Shown in pieces: positions 20,719-31,954 of a stretch of 64,000 bases of DNA. Origin of the DNA: an uncultured Desulfosarcina sp. (GTDB taxonomy: Bacteria > Desulfobacterota > Desulfobacteria > Desulfobacterales > Desulfosarcinaceae); NCBI GenBank assembly GCA_963674945.2, contig CAXXWQ010000003.1, positions 608,001 through 672,000 on the forward strand, in the 5' to 3' direction. The translations under genes were made by a program, and so were the position numbers. Within the stretch, counting starts at the first letter, position 1, and the number at the start of each line of letters is the position of its first letter. The notes under the pieces were generated by a model. The model saw nothing but the letters and a program-made list of their open reading frames with translations, was not told where the DNA came from and ran no database searches.

Positions 20719-21240
20719 TCAACCCGACCCTTCCGGCGACATCGGCGCATATCGATAATCGAAAGAGGCCTGCATCCGTCCGGTACGATGGTGTTCATCG
20801 AACGTCACATCGACGCGCCCGAGGTTCAGATAGGGATGTTCCTTTTCCACCGCCGTCAACCACGTCACGATTGCCGTGACCGAACCGGTGGCGAACACGT
20901 CGATGGGCACCGCCCGGTCCCCCTGGAAATTCGTTTTGGCCTCTACCCGCATCTGTGTCATGCCCGCTTCCCGGGAAATTCGTTTCAAGCCGTTTTCAAC
21001 AACCAGAAAACCCAACCCGAAAGAGTCTACCCGATGAACGAGACGGGCCTTTTGGGCACGTACCGCAGCAATTCCGGAACGATTCGCGTTGAGGTATCGC
21101 ATGTCCATTTTAAGGGCTTCCAGGTCCTGACGGCGCCGTTGCACGTCTGAAATCCGAACCATGTTCCATCCGGTCATGACCAACACCACGCCCCAAAGCA
21201 CACCGACGGCAAGCCATCGCTTATTGAATCGATCCATCAT
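20719..21240 (-). CDS. Pilus alignment protein (MshJ/PilO-like)
   Basis: N-terminal TM helix, coiled coil and G.......WL...E...Y.....V ferredoxin-like pattern; operon position. Confidence 0.6.
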   Translation of the reverse strand: MMDRFNKRWLAVGVLWGVVLVMTGWNMVRISDVQRRRQDLEALKMDMRYLNANRSGIAAVRAQKARLVHRVDSFGLGFLVVENGLKRISREAGMTQMRVEAKTNFQGDRAVPIDVFATGSVTAIVTWLTAVEKEHPYLNLGRVDVTFDEHHRTGRMQASFDYRYAPMSPEGSG

Positions 21241-22652
21241 AGCAGATCCAGTCCTATGCGTATCCGGTATACCGGCCGGTCGTCGACACCCTCGGGCCGA
21301 ACAAGAGAGATTTCCACGTCCTTCTCATGGAGCATTGGGGCTTTGGATTCGAATCGACGGTTCAACCGACGGATAAACGCCTGCAAAGCGGCTCTGAATG
21401 TTTCGGGGTCGTCCCCATGAACGACAGCATCGAGGGTCAGACGCGGTGTCGAAGAGAGATCGACGGAAAGCTTTTCCATGGATACGGAATCGTCCAGGGC
21501 CAGCAGGGCCTGCATGGTGGATCTCGCGCCCGAAGGTCGCTGCAGCGATTGCCGGATTTCCTCGATGGAGGAAGTGGTCTGGTCGAGTACCATGGCAGGT
21601 GGTTGATCACCGGACATCCGCAACCGCTGGATCTGCCGGTCGGCATCGTCGGACCATTTGACCAAAAACGCCGTTTCGATAAATAAAAGCACGGCCACCA
21701 CCGCACCGACGGCGATTCCGGTCCATTGTACCGTCCGCCAGTGCAATTCCCGTTTGAGCGGTTTATGGGAAATGGCGAGACTGTCCGTCATGGCCAGATC
21801 ATCCATGGAAAAAGGCAAACAACAAACGGGCATGATTCCGCCCACACAGCCATCTTCCGGCGACCGGGGATCGGTCAGCGGCCGGATTTCCCGACCCAGC
21901 AACTCCGCCAGTGCACTCTGGGCCGCCCCGTCGGATGACAGCAGATACAGCGTTTCCACCGCACTTTTGGTCTTTTGGGAATAGTGGTAAAAGGACTGAT
22001 TGATTTCGTAGTTCAACAGATTGTAGGTCTGTGTGGCATCATCGGTGGAATTGGGGAGTTGAATCGTTCGAGAAAAAAGATATTGTCCCCGAAAGAACAG
22101 GTACAGAAAGCAATCCGTCTCACACAGGTGGATTACACCGATCCCTTTCCCGTCGAATCCGTCCACCAGGTCCTTCAGCTTGGCCTGCCATAAAAGGGCG
22201 GGCGAAGTAATACGAACGGGGTTGATCCCCAAATCCGCCATTCGTTCATAAAGCCCATATGCAGCGGGTTCCTGGAGAAAATAGGTGTACAGGACCGATC
22301 CTCCATCCGGATCCGTGGCCATGGCGTAGGAAAAAAAATCCGGTGCCTTTTCGAGCGCGGGTTGCTCGGATCGTAGCTTTCGTTCGATAAAGGCTTCCAC
22401 CACTGATTTCTTGCGCGCCTGGAAACGGTCTGCGCGACTTCCGATCCAATAGTCCGGGACCACAAGCAACTGGTTGACCGCACGGTTGGCCAGTTTGGCA
22501 AGTGGATCGGCGTGCCCGCCGTCCTGGGACATGAAATCGTCCATGCTGCGGCTGGCGATCTCCATCTGGCTTCCGTTGCCCTGAATCTCGGCAAAACGCA
22601 CCCCTTGTTCACTGGCGACACAGATCAATTGTTTCCGGCGTCGTATCATCAT
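21237..22652 (-). CDS. Pilus alignment protein (MshI / PilM-PilN fusion-like)
   Basis: LYLFFRGQYLFSRTI and EINQSFYHY (PilM/MshI-like), followed by a TM helix and a periplasmic domain. Confidence 0.65.
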   Translation of the reverse strand: MMIRRRKQLICVASEQGVRFAEIQGNGSQMEIASRSMDDFMSQDGGHADPLAKLANRAVNQLLVVPDYWIGSRADRFQARKKSVVEAFIERKLRSEQPALEKAPDFFSYAMATDPDGGSVLYTYFLQEPAAYGLYERMADLGINPVRITSPALLWQAKLKDLVDGFDGKGIGVIHLCETDCFLYLFFRGQYLFSRTIQLPNSTDDATQTYNLLNYEINQSFYHYSQKTKSAVETLYLLSSDGAAQSALAELLGREIRPLTDPRSPEDGCVGGIMPVCCLPFSMDDLAMTDSLAISHKPLKRELHWRTVQWTGIAVGAVVAVLLFIETAFLVKWSDDADRQIQRLRMSGDQPPAMVLDQTTSSIEEIRQSLQRPSGARSTMQALLALDDSVSMEKLSVDLSSTPRLTLDAVVHGDDPETFRAALQAFIRRLNRRFESKAPMLHEKDVEISLVRPEGVDDRPVYRIRIGLDLL

Positions 22653-22659
22653 GCCATAC

Positions 22660-22686
22660 TTATCGGCATGCCCAGTTGTTACTTTA
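22660..22686 (-). promoter_or_regulatory. Consensus sigma-28 (FliA)-type promoter of the pilus operon
   Basis: Minus strand reads TAAA-N15-GCCGATAA, an exact consensus match. Confidence 0.8.
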
Positions 22687-22824
22687 TCGTTCTTTTTTTA
22701 TTGACAAAATGGGTCTTGTTTTGACTTATCCGGGGAATATGCTAATTATATGGGTAACCAAACGCCGGAAAATGGAAACAAATCGGCATTGCCGCGGCAA
22801 TGTCTCCGAATCAGGGGAGGAACG

Positions 22825-23388
22825 ATGATGAGAAGAAGATGGATCCCCGTGATCGTACTGGTCGTAATTGCGCTGGGATGTTCAGGTGTCCAGGTCAGTC
22901 AGGATTACGCGCCGGGAGCGAATCTGACGGCACTTCGGACGTATCGGTGGAAGTCGCCGACACAGGAAAAAACCGGTGATCCGCGCATCGACAATCCGCT
23001 TCGCAACGAACGGATTCGGGCGGCGGTGGATGGGCAACTGGCAGGCAAGGGATTTGTGAAAGCAAACGATGAGGATCCGGATTTTTTGGTCCAATATCAA
23101 AACCTCCTCAGACGGAAGATCGAATCCGCCGGCACCAGCGGGGGTGTGGGATTCGGATTGGGCAGTTACGGTCGTCACGGTACAATCGCCATCGGCACGG
23201 GCAATGACGTTCGAGAATACGATGAAGGTTCCCTCGTCATCGACTTCCTTGATCCGGGTTCCGACGATCTGCTATGGCGCGGCAGCGGCAATCAGCGGTA
23301 CAGGGAATACAAGGACCCGGAGAAGGCGACCCGGGACATCAACACGCTGGTGGAGAATATTTTGAAACAGTTTCCCCCCAAAAACTAA
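22825..23388 (+). CDS. DUF4136-like lipoprotein
   Basis: Lipobox ALGC; L..KGF....PDFLV, Gly-rich loop and Y.EGSLVID..D.....WRG motifs. Confidence 0.85.
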   Translation: MMRRRWIPVIVLVVIALGCSGVQVSQDYAPGANLTALRTYRWKSPTQEKTGDPRIDNPLRNERIRAAVDGQLAGKGFVKANDEDPDFLVQYQNLLRRKIESAGTSGGVGFGLGSYGRHGTIAIGTGNDVREYDEGSLVIDFLDPGSDDLLWRGSGNQRYREYKDPEKATRDINTLVENILKQFPPKN

Positions 23389-23400
23389 AGCGGAGCGCAG

Positions 23401-26400
23401 TTGCCTCTATTTTTCGACAAGCGGGATCGGGATCTCCTCAAAATCGTCAACGCCGTTCTCAGCCGGACGGCCCCCGAAAAGTCCAGGAAAAAAGAGCTGT
23501 TTCCCTGGTTCCATCCCCACGGCATCAAGGAGCTTGCCGAAACCCGGGGGCTTCGCGTGGCCTACGCCGTCATCCATCTTTTGGATTCCTTGGAGATCGG
23601 TGATCTGGAAGATCGCCTCGATGCCCTTCGCGCCTTGCGGGATGAGGTCCGCCACGCCGCCGCCGGCAGCATGCCGAAAAATGCCGCCCGGGTGCTGTTG
23701 TCCATCATGAAGGACCTGGTTCGGGCCCATGGTGACGAAATCGAACAACTCAAGCTGGCCCACGATTTCAGGCGGGTAGCCACGGGAAAACCCACCATCA
23801 TCCGCGAAATGCTGCGGCGCTATCACCTGCTGGAGATGCCCGAGGCCTGGAACCAGCTCGCTTTCGATGACCACGTCCACGACGTCAACACCAAGGGACG
23901 AAAATCCGCTTCCCATCTTATCATGGACGCATGGATCAAGGGAATCCGGCGTCTTCGGGTCATCTACTACAACTTCATCGATCCGCCGTCGGCCGCCGAA
24001 CTATTGGAAGCCGCCCAGATCATGGGGGTCGACATCCGCATCGGCATCGAGTTCTCGGCACGATTCAGGAATCGCTACGTTCAATTGATCTGGGTTCCCC
24101 GGGGCTTTTCCGATGCCCAGAGTTTTCTCTGTTTCCTTGCCGAAGAGCCGGTGAAACAACTCATGGACCAGGGACGGTCGGTCACCCGCTTTCGCCAGCA
24201 GTACGTTCTGGAAATTCTCGGTGCCTTCAACCGTGTCCATCGGCACACCCTCAACGCCGAACTGGGCATCGACCTGCCGATACTGGAACCGGAGTCCTTT
24301 TTGCGTTTCGTTCGCCCGGGTCAACCGTCCATTCTTCACCTGGCCAAGTATATCCATCATCGATTGGTCCCGCTGATGGCAGATCGCATGGAACAACTGC
24401 GCAAGGATTACGACAGGACGGACCACAACCAACGGCAGGGAATCGCCGCCCAGGTGGCGAAGATGAACGACCTGGATTCCGAAATTATCGTCCGGCGATT
24501 TTTGCGCCCGGAAGTGAATTCCGACATTCCCGATCCCAATCGGGTACACGAAGATCCGAAGACGCCAGACCTTTTGTACCTCAGCCCGCGGCAACTGGTG
24601 GACCGGCTCACATCCCTTCGTACCGGTTACCGCATCACCATGAACCTCACCGATCTGTCGCCCGAGGATGTGGTGGAGATTCTCTACGATTGCGAAGGCC
24701 AGATCAATCGCCTCGAAATCTTCAATCTCAAGGACTACAAGACGGGCAAGACCCGTCACATGGCCGAAATCAGCGAACTCCAGCTGGCCCTGAACGAGGG
24801 CAATACCATCCACCTGAAACGGTTGATTCGGCGAATCATCGGCAGGCTCACCACGGCCGACCCCTTTCCGGGGAAAAGCGACCGTATCGAAAAGCTGGGC
24901 ATCATCCTGCACGATATCGGTGCATTCTCGGCCATGTACAGCGCCGTCCCCATAAAACCGAGAATCGGCAGCGACTCCACCGGCCACTCTTCCCGCATGT
25001 ATGGCATGGGACTGGCCATCTTGGACACCCTGCCCGCCCATGTCCGCCGCCGTTATAAACCGCGATCCCGCACGACAACGGTCCCGACGGATCCTGAGAA
25101 TCCATTGGAAACGGGCAAAGAGGCATTTCGCACCATCATCCCCTTTCATGTCCCCGTATACCGGAGAGTCACCCACATCCCCTACCAGAGTCCCAAAGGT
25201 TCCCAGGGAATTCACCAACGGCTGCTCCAGCGCCTTCCCATGCTCAAGATGGTGGGAAAAATCCGCCAGGTGGACTGGCTGGTGCAAACCCACCTGGCCC
25301 ACATGGGTGCGTCCGGCAATGTCATCACCTTGGGCGGCATTTCCCATCGGTCGGACAATGGTCTGCGACTGGATCGTCATCCAAATTCGCCGCCCAGGCA
25401 AAGGCTGTCCCTGACATACCTGAACAGCAACTTTAAAAATGGTCTCAAAATCCTTTTGGGATTCGTACCGGCCTTCCTCTCTTTCTATCTGACCAACGAT
25501 TGGTGGGTACTGGCCTATCTGGGGGCATTCATCTGGTTCGGCATCACGGGCTTTCGCAATATCGTCCAGTCGGTGCTCGGTGGCGGCGGAATCCGTCGTT
25601 CCCCGGTAATGCGTTGGAACGACTACGTCAGCTGGGTAAGAATCTCCGATTCGCTCCTCTTTACCGGATTTTCCGTGCCGCTTTTGGATTATCTGGTAAA
25701 AACCGTATTCCTGGACCGGCTTTTGGGGGTAACGACGGCGTCAAACCCCATCTTGCTCTACACGGTGATGGCCCTGGCAAACGGTATCTATCTGTCAAGC
25801 CACAACCTGTTTCGGGGGCTGCCCCGAACCGCGGTATACGGTAACTTCTTTCGCAGCCTGCTCTCCATTCCCATCGCCGTCCTCTTCAACATCCTCATCG
25901 GTGCCCTGTTGGGGCTATTCGGGGTTACCGGCATCGACGGGCATCTGCAAAAATGGGCGGCGGTCATCTCCAAGGGAGCATCGGACACCATCGCCGGTAT
26001 TATCGAAGGAGCGGCGGACCGGTTCACCAATATCCAGACCCGATTCAAGGACTATACCGATACCCTCTCTCTCTTGTTTTCCACCTACGGTCAGCTGGAG
26101 GCCATGCTTCCCGAACTGAACGTATTCGAGACACTTGACGCCATCGGGAAAGAACGGATGCAAATCAACCGGGACGCGGAAGACCTGGAAAAACGCGTCG
26201 TCATCGGATCGCTGGATATGCTCTACTATTGGATGTACCAGCCCCGGGCAAGAACCGTTTTGCAATACCTGGCAAAGACCCTTTCCGACGAAGAGAAACG
26301 AATCCTTCTGGGATGTCTGTCGATTCTAAAACGGGAGCGGGAGATCAGTCAGATGTTCATCGATGGTTTCGTGGGCATTCATTTCTCGAAAGGTCTGTCC

Positions 26401-26469
26401 TTCTACCTGCAATGTGCACCCGGTTACCTGAAGATCGCGGACCGGCTCTTTGGACCCCGGAAGCAATGA
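23401..26469 (+). CDS. Large hypothetical protein: divergent PHP-like domain plus a multi-pass membrane domain
   Basis: DDHVHD, GIEFS and GSDSTGH resemble PHP motifs; hydrophobic helices at about aa 680-850; TTG start. Confidence 0.7.
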   Translation: MPLFFDKRDRDLLKIVNAVLSRTAPEKSRKKELFPWFHPHGIKELAETRGLRVAYAVIHLLDSLEIGDLEDRLDALRALRDEVRHAAAGSMPKNAARVLLSIMKDLVRAHGDEIEQLKLAHDFRRVATGKPTIIREMLRRYHLLEMPEAWNQLAFDDHVHDVNTKGRKSASHLIMDAWIKGIRRLRVIYYNFIDPPSAAELLEAAQIMGVDIRIGIEFSARFRNRYVQLIWVPRGFSDAQSFLCFLAEEPVKQLMDQGRSVTRFRQQYVLEILGAFNRVHRHTLNAELGIDLPILEPESFLRFVRPGQPSILHLAKYIHHRLVPLMADRMEQLRKDYDRTDHNQRQGIAAQVAKMNDLDSEIIVRRFLRPEVNSDIPDPNRVHEDPKTPDLLYLSPRQLVDRLTSLRTGYRITMNLTDLSPEDVVEILYDCEGQINRLEIFNLKDYKTGKTRHMAEISELQLALNEGNTIHLKRLIRRIIGRLTTADPFPGKSDRIEKLGIILHDIGAFSAMYSAVPIKPRIGSDSTGHSSRMYGMGLAILDTLPAHVRRRYKPRSRTTTVPTDPENPLETGKEAFRTIIPFHVPVYRRVTHIPYQSPKGSQGIHQRLLQRLPMLKMVGKIRQVDWLVQTHLAHMGASGNVITLGGISHRSDNGLRLDRHPNSPPRQRLSLTYLNSNFKNGLKILLGFVPAFLSFYLTNDWWVLAYLGAFIWFGITGFRNIVQSVLGGGGIRRSPVMRWNDYVSWVRISDSLLFTGFSVPLLDYLVKTVFLDRLLGVTTASNPILLYTVMALANGIYLSSHNLFRGLPRTAVYGNFFRSLLSIPIAVLFNILIGALLGLFGVTGIDGHLQKWAAVISKGASDTIAGIIEGAADRFTNIQTRFKDYTDTLSLLFSTYGQLEAMLPELNVFETLDAIGKERMQINRDAEDLEKRVVIGSLDMLYYWMYQPRARTVLQYLAKTLSDEEKRILLGCLSILKREREISQMFIDGFVGIHFSKGLSFYLQCAPGYLKIADRLFGPRKQ

Positions 26470-26545
26470 AAATTCTTTTCGTGCACAGCCAGTTGTTGGG
26501 TGGGCACCAATAACGGTTCATCAATCGATAGAGGAGAAAACGACG

Positions 26546-28201
26546 ATGACGATTCATGAAATGGCAGGAAAATTGGCGCCGAAAACCATGCTTGCCAATA
26601 TCCCCAGGCTCGTGTCGGCTTACTACACGCACCGGCCGGACGTTTCCGAACCGAGCCAGCGCGTCGTTTTCGGAACTTCGGGTCACCGGGGGTCGGCACT
26701 GAAGAACAGTTTCAACGAAGATCATATTCTGGCGATCAGCCAGGCCATTTGCGAATATCGGACATCCCAAAACATCAGCGGGCCGCTTTTCATGGGAATG
26801 GATCCCCACGCCTTGTCCGAACCGGCCCTGGCCAGCGCACTCGAGGTCTTTGCCGCCGCCGGTGTCAACGTGATGGTGCAGAAAGGGTTGGGCTATACGC
26901 CCACGCCGGTAATCTCCCATGCCATTTTGACCTATAATCGAAACCGGCAGCAGGCCCTGTCAGACGGTGTGGTCATCACCCCATCCCACAATCCCCCGGA
27001 AGACGGCGGATTTAAGTACAATCCACCCCATGGCGGACCGGCGGGCGATGAGATCACCCGGCGCATTGCCGACAGAGCCAACGAACTATTGGACAAGGGG
27101 ACGGATCGGATCAACCGAATCCCCTTCGAAAATGCACGCAACGCCCATACGACCCATGCGTACGATTACATCACGCCCTATGTGAACGATCTTGTCAACG
27201 TGATCGATATGGAAAAGATCGCGGCCTCCGGTCTCAAACTCGCCGTGGATCCGTTGGGTGGGGCCGCCGTCGACTATTGGGAGCCCATTGCCGCGCGCTA
27301 CAACCTCTCCATCGAAATCGTCAATCCTTTTGTAGATCCCACATTCTCCTTTATGACCCTGGACAAGGACGGAAAGATCCGCATGGATTGCTCTTCTCCG
27401 TATGCCATGCAAGGGCTGATCGGCCTGATCGACAACTATGACATCGCCTTCGGAAACGATACCGACGTCGATCGCCACGGGATCGTTACCAGAAGCGCCG
27501 GGCTGCTCAATCCCAATCATTATCTGGCGGTGGCGATCTGGTATCTGTTTCAACATCGCCCCCGATGGCGACCATCGGCGGCCGTGGGGAAAACCCTGGT
27601 ATCCACTTCCATCATCGACCGGGTGGCGAATCACCTCCGAAGAGAACTGTGCGAAGTGCCCGTTGGTTTCAAATGGTTCGTTAACGGTCTGCAGAAGGGT
27701 GAATTCGGATTCGGCGGCGAAGAGAGCGCCGGCGCCGCCTTTCTGCGCCGAAACGGTTCCGTTTGGACCACGGACAAAGACGGTATTATCATGGATCTTC
27801 TGGCTGCCGAGATCATGGCCGAAACCGGCAGAGACCCGGGTGAACTTTACGCCGACCTCGAGGAACAATTCGGTACCTCGGTCTATGAGCGAATCGATGC
27901 CCCTGCAACGTTCGAGCAAAAGGCAATTTTGAAAAGGCTCTCCCCGGAAGCGATCACAGCCGGAGAATTGGCCGGAGAGCCCATCATTGCCAAACATACA
28001 AAGGCTCCGGGCAACCAGGCCCCGTTGGGGGGATTGAAAGTCGTTACGGAAAACGGATGGTTTGCCGCCCGTCCATCGGGAACCGAGGATATTTACAAAA
28101 TTTATGCGGAGAGTTTTAAGGGCCGGACTCATTTGGCGCAGATTCAGAAAGAAGCCCGGGAAATCGTCGGCAAGGCTTTTCACAGTGGGAGCACGAAATA
28201 G
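26546..28201 (+). CDS. pgm: Phosphoglucomutase (alpha-D-glucose-1,6-bisphosphate dependent)
   Basis: [30 protein letters not shown] and RPSGTE motifs. Confidence 0.96.
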   Translation: MTIHEMAGKLAPKTMLANIPRLVSAYYTHRPDVSEPSQRVVFGTSGHRGSALKNSFNEDHILAISQAICEYRTSQNISGPLFMGMDPHALSEPALASALEVFAAAGVNVMVQKGLGYTPTPVISHAILTYNRNRQQALSDGVVITPSHNPPEDGGFKYNPPHGGPAGDEITRRIADRANELLDKGTDRINRIPFENARNAHTTHAYDYITPYVNDLVNVIDMEKIAASGLKLAVDPLGGAAVDYWEPIAARYNLSIEIVNPFVDPTFSFMTLDKDGKIRMDCSSPYAMQGLIGLIDNYDIAFGNDTDVDRHGIVTRSAGLLNPNHYLAVAIWYLFQHRPRWRPSAAVGKTLVSTSIIDRVANHLRRELCEVPVGFKWFVNGLQKGEFGFGGEESAGAAFLRRNGSVWTTDKDGIIMDLLAAEIMAETGRDPGELYADLEEQFGTSVYERIDAPATFEQKAILKRLSPEAITAGELAGEPIIAKHTKAPGNQAPLGGLKVVTENGWFAARPSGTEDIYKIYAESFKGRTHLAQIQKEAREIVGKAFHSGSTK

Positions 28202-28722
28202 CGAAGGATTCGAGCCACGACTTCGGAAAAGATGTACTGCCGCTGCTTGTGCAGGGGCAAAAGGTCTACGCCTACCGATTCGGCGGTGAAGAGGGTCGGG
28301 TAACGCCCGATCGATACTGGAGGGATGTCGGTACAATAGAGGCCTATTACAAGGCGATAATAGAAAAATCCATCCTGTTTCGTAACGTTCGCGTCGGTGT
28401 CGGCGCCAGATTGAAAAATTGTATCATCGATAAAAGCGTTGTGATTCCCCCTGAGGAACAAATTGGTCACGATTTGGCCACGGACCGGCAACGCTTTGCG
28501 GTAACCGAAAACGGAATCGTCGTCGTTCCCCATGGCGTTGTTTTTGCGTCATATCCGGCAAAACCCGACAAAGAGACAGAGACCGCAAGATCCGGTTGCA
28601 TTCGATTTTATGGACTCCCCCGGAACATACAGAACTTCCCGGTGGCCAAAATTGATAATCTCTTAAAAAGATTCGTAAAAATTCCATCCCCTGCCCCCAC
28701 ACCCACAGGCCATCCATTATAA
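28201..28722 (+). pseudogene. glgC: Remnant of glucose-1-phosphate adenylyltransferase (5'-truncated, internally deleted)
   Basis: In frame from 28201: DSSHDFGKDVLP...YWRDVGTIEAYY, joined directly to SILF..V.VG..A.L..CIIDK...IG.D...D..RF.VTENGIVVVP. Confidence 0.8.
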
Positions 28723-29008
28723 CTGCGTTTGACAAAATCCGGTGACGAGGGCTACTATGTAAGTATTGCCACGCAATGGACTTGTCAGATACATTCAGCG
28801 GCGGGGGTAAAATGCCCCTCGCCGGAAAATTCATTCGGTAGCCCCTCTATGACCAGGGCGGTGGATCGAGGCATTTCGTTGCCTTTTACCATGCCTTTCG
28901 AGACACAATCATCGTTCGACTTGTTGCGACGCCATTTTCCCATCACCATTGCGAAAGAATACTTCAGTCCGGCGCCCCAGATGGTTTTTGTGTAGCAAGG
29001 AGAGAATT

Positions 29009-29428
29009 ATGTTTAAACTGATTGTTGTCGCCCTGGACGGGTCGGCGCATAGTGTAAAAGCGCTCGATTATGCTCGAGAACTGGCGGTAAAGCACGATTC
29101 AAAGCTTATTTTGCTGCATGCCTTCCATTCCACGTCAGATCTTCGAGGGTCTGAAGGCTTTAACCAAATGATAGGAAAACGGAAACAAAAAGGACAAGAA
29201 ATCCTCAACGATGCGTGCAAACGGATAGGGCACGCACCCTTTGACGTGGAAGAGGATTTGCTGGAAGGTCCCGCAGCCGATGCAATTGTCTCGGTCGTCG
29301 AAGCGCGGAATGCGGATTTGGTTGTGATGGGTACACGGGGGATGGGCTCTCTAAAGGGATTACTCTTCGGAAGCGTCAGCGCAAAGGTTACCCAATACGC
29401 CCCGTGCTCGGTGTTGGTTGTTCGATGA
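29009..29428 (+). CDS. Universal stress protein
   Basis: IVVALDGS, DLVVMGTRG and GSVS..V...APCSVLVVR motifs. Confidence 0.93.
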   Translation: MFKLIVVALDGSAHSVKALDYARELAVKHDSKLILLHAFHSTSDLRGSEGFNQMIGKRKQKGQEILNDACKRIGHAPFDVEEDLLEGPAADAIVSVVEARNADLVVMGTRGMGSLKGLLFGSVSAKVTQYAPCSVLVVR

Positions 29429-29513
29429 ATGGATGTTCTGCAACAGGAAAACAAATATGAAAACCACCACGGAATGCGGATACTGGGACAAAATGAAAAC
29501 CTGCCAGGTTGAC

Positions 29514-29984
29514 ATGGCGGATCTTACCGACCTTCCCAGCTATCACAGACAGACGATCCCCGAAGATTACATGGATAAAATGGGTCACATGAATGTTCGC
29601 TATTACATGGCCGTATTTGACAGCGCAACTTGGTGCATGTTTGCGGACTATGGTCTGGACGAATCATATTTCAGCACGACGAAAAACGGAGTTTTCGCAC
29701 TGAAGCAGTTCATCCGGTATCTGGCTGAGGTCAGGCAGGGGGAGACCGTCGCTGTTTATTCCCGCATACTCGGCCTGACGGATAAGCGAATTCACTCGAT
29801 GCATTTCATGGCCAATCAGGACACCAACCAATTGGCGGCCACCATCGAATCCTTGACGACCCACGCGAATCTGGAGGTTCGCAAAGCGGCCCCCCTCCCT
29901 TCTGAAATAGCCGCCGGATTTCGTTCTCGTCTGCACAAAGACCGGAATCTGGACTGGGAACCTCCGGTTTCCGGCATAATATAA
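29514..29984 (+). CDS. Acyl-CoA/ACP thioesterase (4HBT-like hotdog)
   Basis: D.MGHMNVRYY..FD.A motif. Confidence 0.85.
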   Translation: MADLTDLPSYHRQTIPEDYMDKMGHMNVRYYMAVFDSATWCMFADYGLDESYFSTTKNGVFALKQFIRYLAEVRQGETVAVYSRILGLTDKRIHSMHFMANQDTNQLAATIESLTTHANLEVRKAAPLPSEIAAGFRSRLHKDRNLDWEPPVSGII

Positions 29985-30207
29985 TGAGCGTTGGAAAGAC
30001 AATACGGAAAATAAAAAAATACGACAAGATCGAAAACGCATTGTTTGTCACAGACGCCGCTGGATTCGGGCGTATGGCGTGTAATCACAAGCTTTGACGG
30101 TCTCAGGTTTCCGAAGACATCCTGTACGTATCTTTTCCGGGAGCAATTCCTGGACGAAGATTCGAATACCACCTACCACCGTTAAACCCAAACAGGAGGA
30201 TGGAAAA

Positions 30208-30588
30208 ATGAAACAGTTTTACATTCTGATCGCCATTTTTTTGTTGATTGTTGCAAGTAATGCTGCTGCAGCGGATCTCAATGGTACCTGGGAAGGAACA
30301 ATGTATTGCAGCGATGATTTTGGTGCAGTCGGTGAATATTTTAAGGTTGATATCACCCAGATTGGAGATTTTTTTCAAACAGACAACATACAACCGACGC
30401 CGGATGAAATATGTGGTGGCGTTGTCGATGGTAAGAATATCTCCATGAGTTGCCCCGGCGTCGCTGCCAACAATTGGACGCCTTCATTTGCATATGGTGT
30501 GCTTAAAGGCAACAATTTAAATGTAATAAGTCATGTACCATCTGAGGGGAAAACATGTAAAGGGGTTGCAACGCGCGTTTCCAATTAA
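30208..30588 (+). CDS. Secreted hypothetical protein
   Basis: RBS ggagg; signal peptide ending AAA-ADLNGTWEG; 4 Cys; lower GC than neighbours. Confidence 0.7.
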   Translation: MKQFYILIAIFLLIVASNAAAADLNGTWEGTMYCSDDFGAVGEYFKVDITQIGDFFQTDNIQPTPDEICGGVVDGKNISMSCPGVAANNWTPSFAYGVLKGNNLNVISHVPSEGKTCKGVATRVSN

Positions 30589-30629
30589 CGAAAAAGAAAG
30601 TGAATTTTGAAAATTGAAACAAAAGATGT

Positions 30630-30656
30630 TTGGGGCGGTTGTCCGCCCCATTTTTA
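30630..30656 (+). terminator. Intrinsic terminator
   Basis: tggggcgg-ttgt-ccgcccca followed by a T-tract, between convergent genes. Confidence 0.8.
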
Positions 30657-30716
30657 TGGGGTAGTGCCCATCCAGACACTATGCAATGCAGGTTGCGGAT
30701 GCTGATCCCTCTTCAA

Positions 30717-30992
30717 CTATTTGGATTCTTCCCTGTCAGGACCAAACAATCCCGAGCGCTCCCAACGCCACCCTTTTTTCCGCATGCACTCTTTTATCAA
30801 CTTCATCTCATCAAAATTATCGTAAGTATCAGGCTCGTCACGAATCGACTCCCGGACCCACTTTTCACAAATCTTGTGATCGGAAGCCCACTCCCGGTCG
30901 CTTTTGCTGGGATGGTAGGTCTTGTAGGTACAGGAGGTGGATAGTACAAAAGGGATCATCAGGAAAATCAGGCGAACGATCATTTTTTTCAT
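30717..30992 (-). CDS. Small lipoprotein
   Basis: Signal peptide ending STS-C; D...C ... CM..KGW motif; start overlaps the stop of the DsbA-family gene. Confidence 0.7.
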   Translation of the reverse strand: MKKMIVRLIFLMIPFVLSTSCTYKTYHPSKSDREWASDHKICEKWVRESIRDEPDTYDNFDEMKLIKECMRKKGWRWERSGLFGPDREESK

Positions 30993-31819
30993 TTGCCCAA
31001 TTCCTCGATAATCAGTTCGGGCAGTTTTCCAATCTCACGGTTGTTGATCTGTTTTCCGTTCATGTAAAGTGACGGGGTACCATTCACGCCGATGTCTCGA
31101 CCGTTTTTTAAATCCGCTTCGATCAACTCACGACTGGAAGCCAGATTTCGATCCTTTTCGAATCGATCCATATCCAATCCCACGGTTTTGGCGACTTCGA
31201 CGATTCGCTCTTCGTTCACCCGATTGTATTGCTCTATCAATTTTTCATGGAATTCCCAGAACTTGTTCTGTTTGCCCGCTGCCAGCGCCGCCATTGCCCC
31301 GTCATGGGAAAACTTGTGGCTGGAAAGGGGAAAGTGCTTGACCACGTATTTTACATCGTTCGGGAAGTTCTCCATCACCTGCTGGATGAATTTATCCAGA
31401 CGGGCACAATAGGGACATTGATAGTCATCGAACACCACCAGGGTAACCTTTGCGTCCGCCGGTCCCTTGAACGCCCGGCCGGACAGATCGATATCGTAAA
31501 TCCGGTCAAAACGGATGATGTTGATGTGAGACGGGTTGGCGCCGGTCAACACCAGGCGGTTCTTTTCCTGATAGGCAATCCGATCGTAGGATGTGGTAAC
31601 GGGAATGCGATCGAGAACCGTTTGCTCTTCGGTCGAATATATGAGGACTGCCTTGGCCGTGAGGAAAAATACCAGATCGCCCGATGGATCCGCGGTTACG
31701 TCCAAGACAGGCGAATCCAGCTTCTTGTCCAGAATCGAACGATAATCGAGGGTCGCATTGGATAGGGCCGGGACCAGAAGGATCATGATGACGATAAGTG
31801 CCGAAGGTATCTGTTTCAA
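30989..31819 (-). CDS. DsbA/thioredoxin-fold protein with an extra N-terminal domain
   Basis: KGPADAKVTLVVFDDYQCPYC, KHFPL and GVNGTP motifs. Confidence 0.9.
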   Translation of the reverse strand: MKQIPSALIVIMILLVPALSNATLDYRSILDKKLDSPVLDVTADPSGDLVFFLTAKAVLIYSTEEQTVLDRIPVTTSYDRIAYQEKNRLVLTGANPSHINIIRFDRIYDIDLSGRAFKGPADAKVTLVVFDDYQCPYCARLDKFIQQVMENFPNDVKYVVKHFPLSSHKFSHDGAMAALAAGKQNKFWEFHEKLIEQYNRVNEERIVEVAKTVGLDMDRFEKDRNLASSRELIEADLKNGRDIGVNGTPSLYMNGKQINNREIGKLPELIIEELGK

Positions 31820-31954
31820 AATAGTATCCCCGTTTTTTGCGTTTTATAAATGGGCAGGGTGAATGCAAAGGCCTGTTGATGAATCGAAAGATACATTACA
31901 ACACAACTACTCGCATACGCAACATATCTATTGTGTTGGTATATTGGATGTTTT

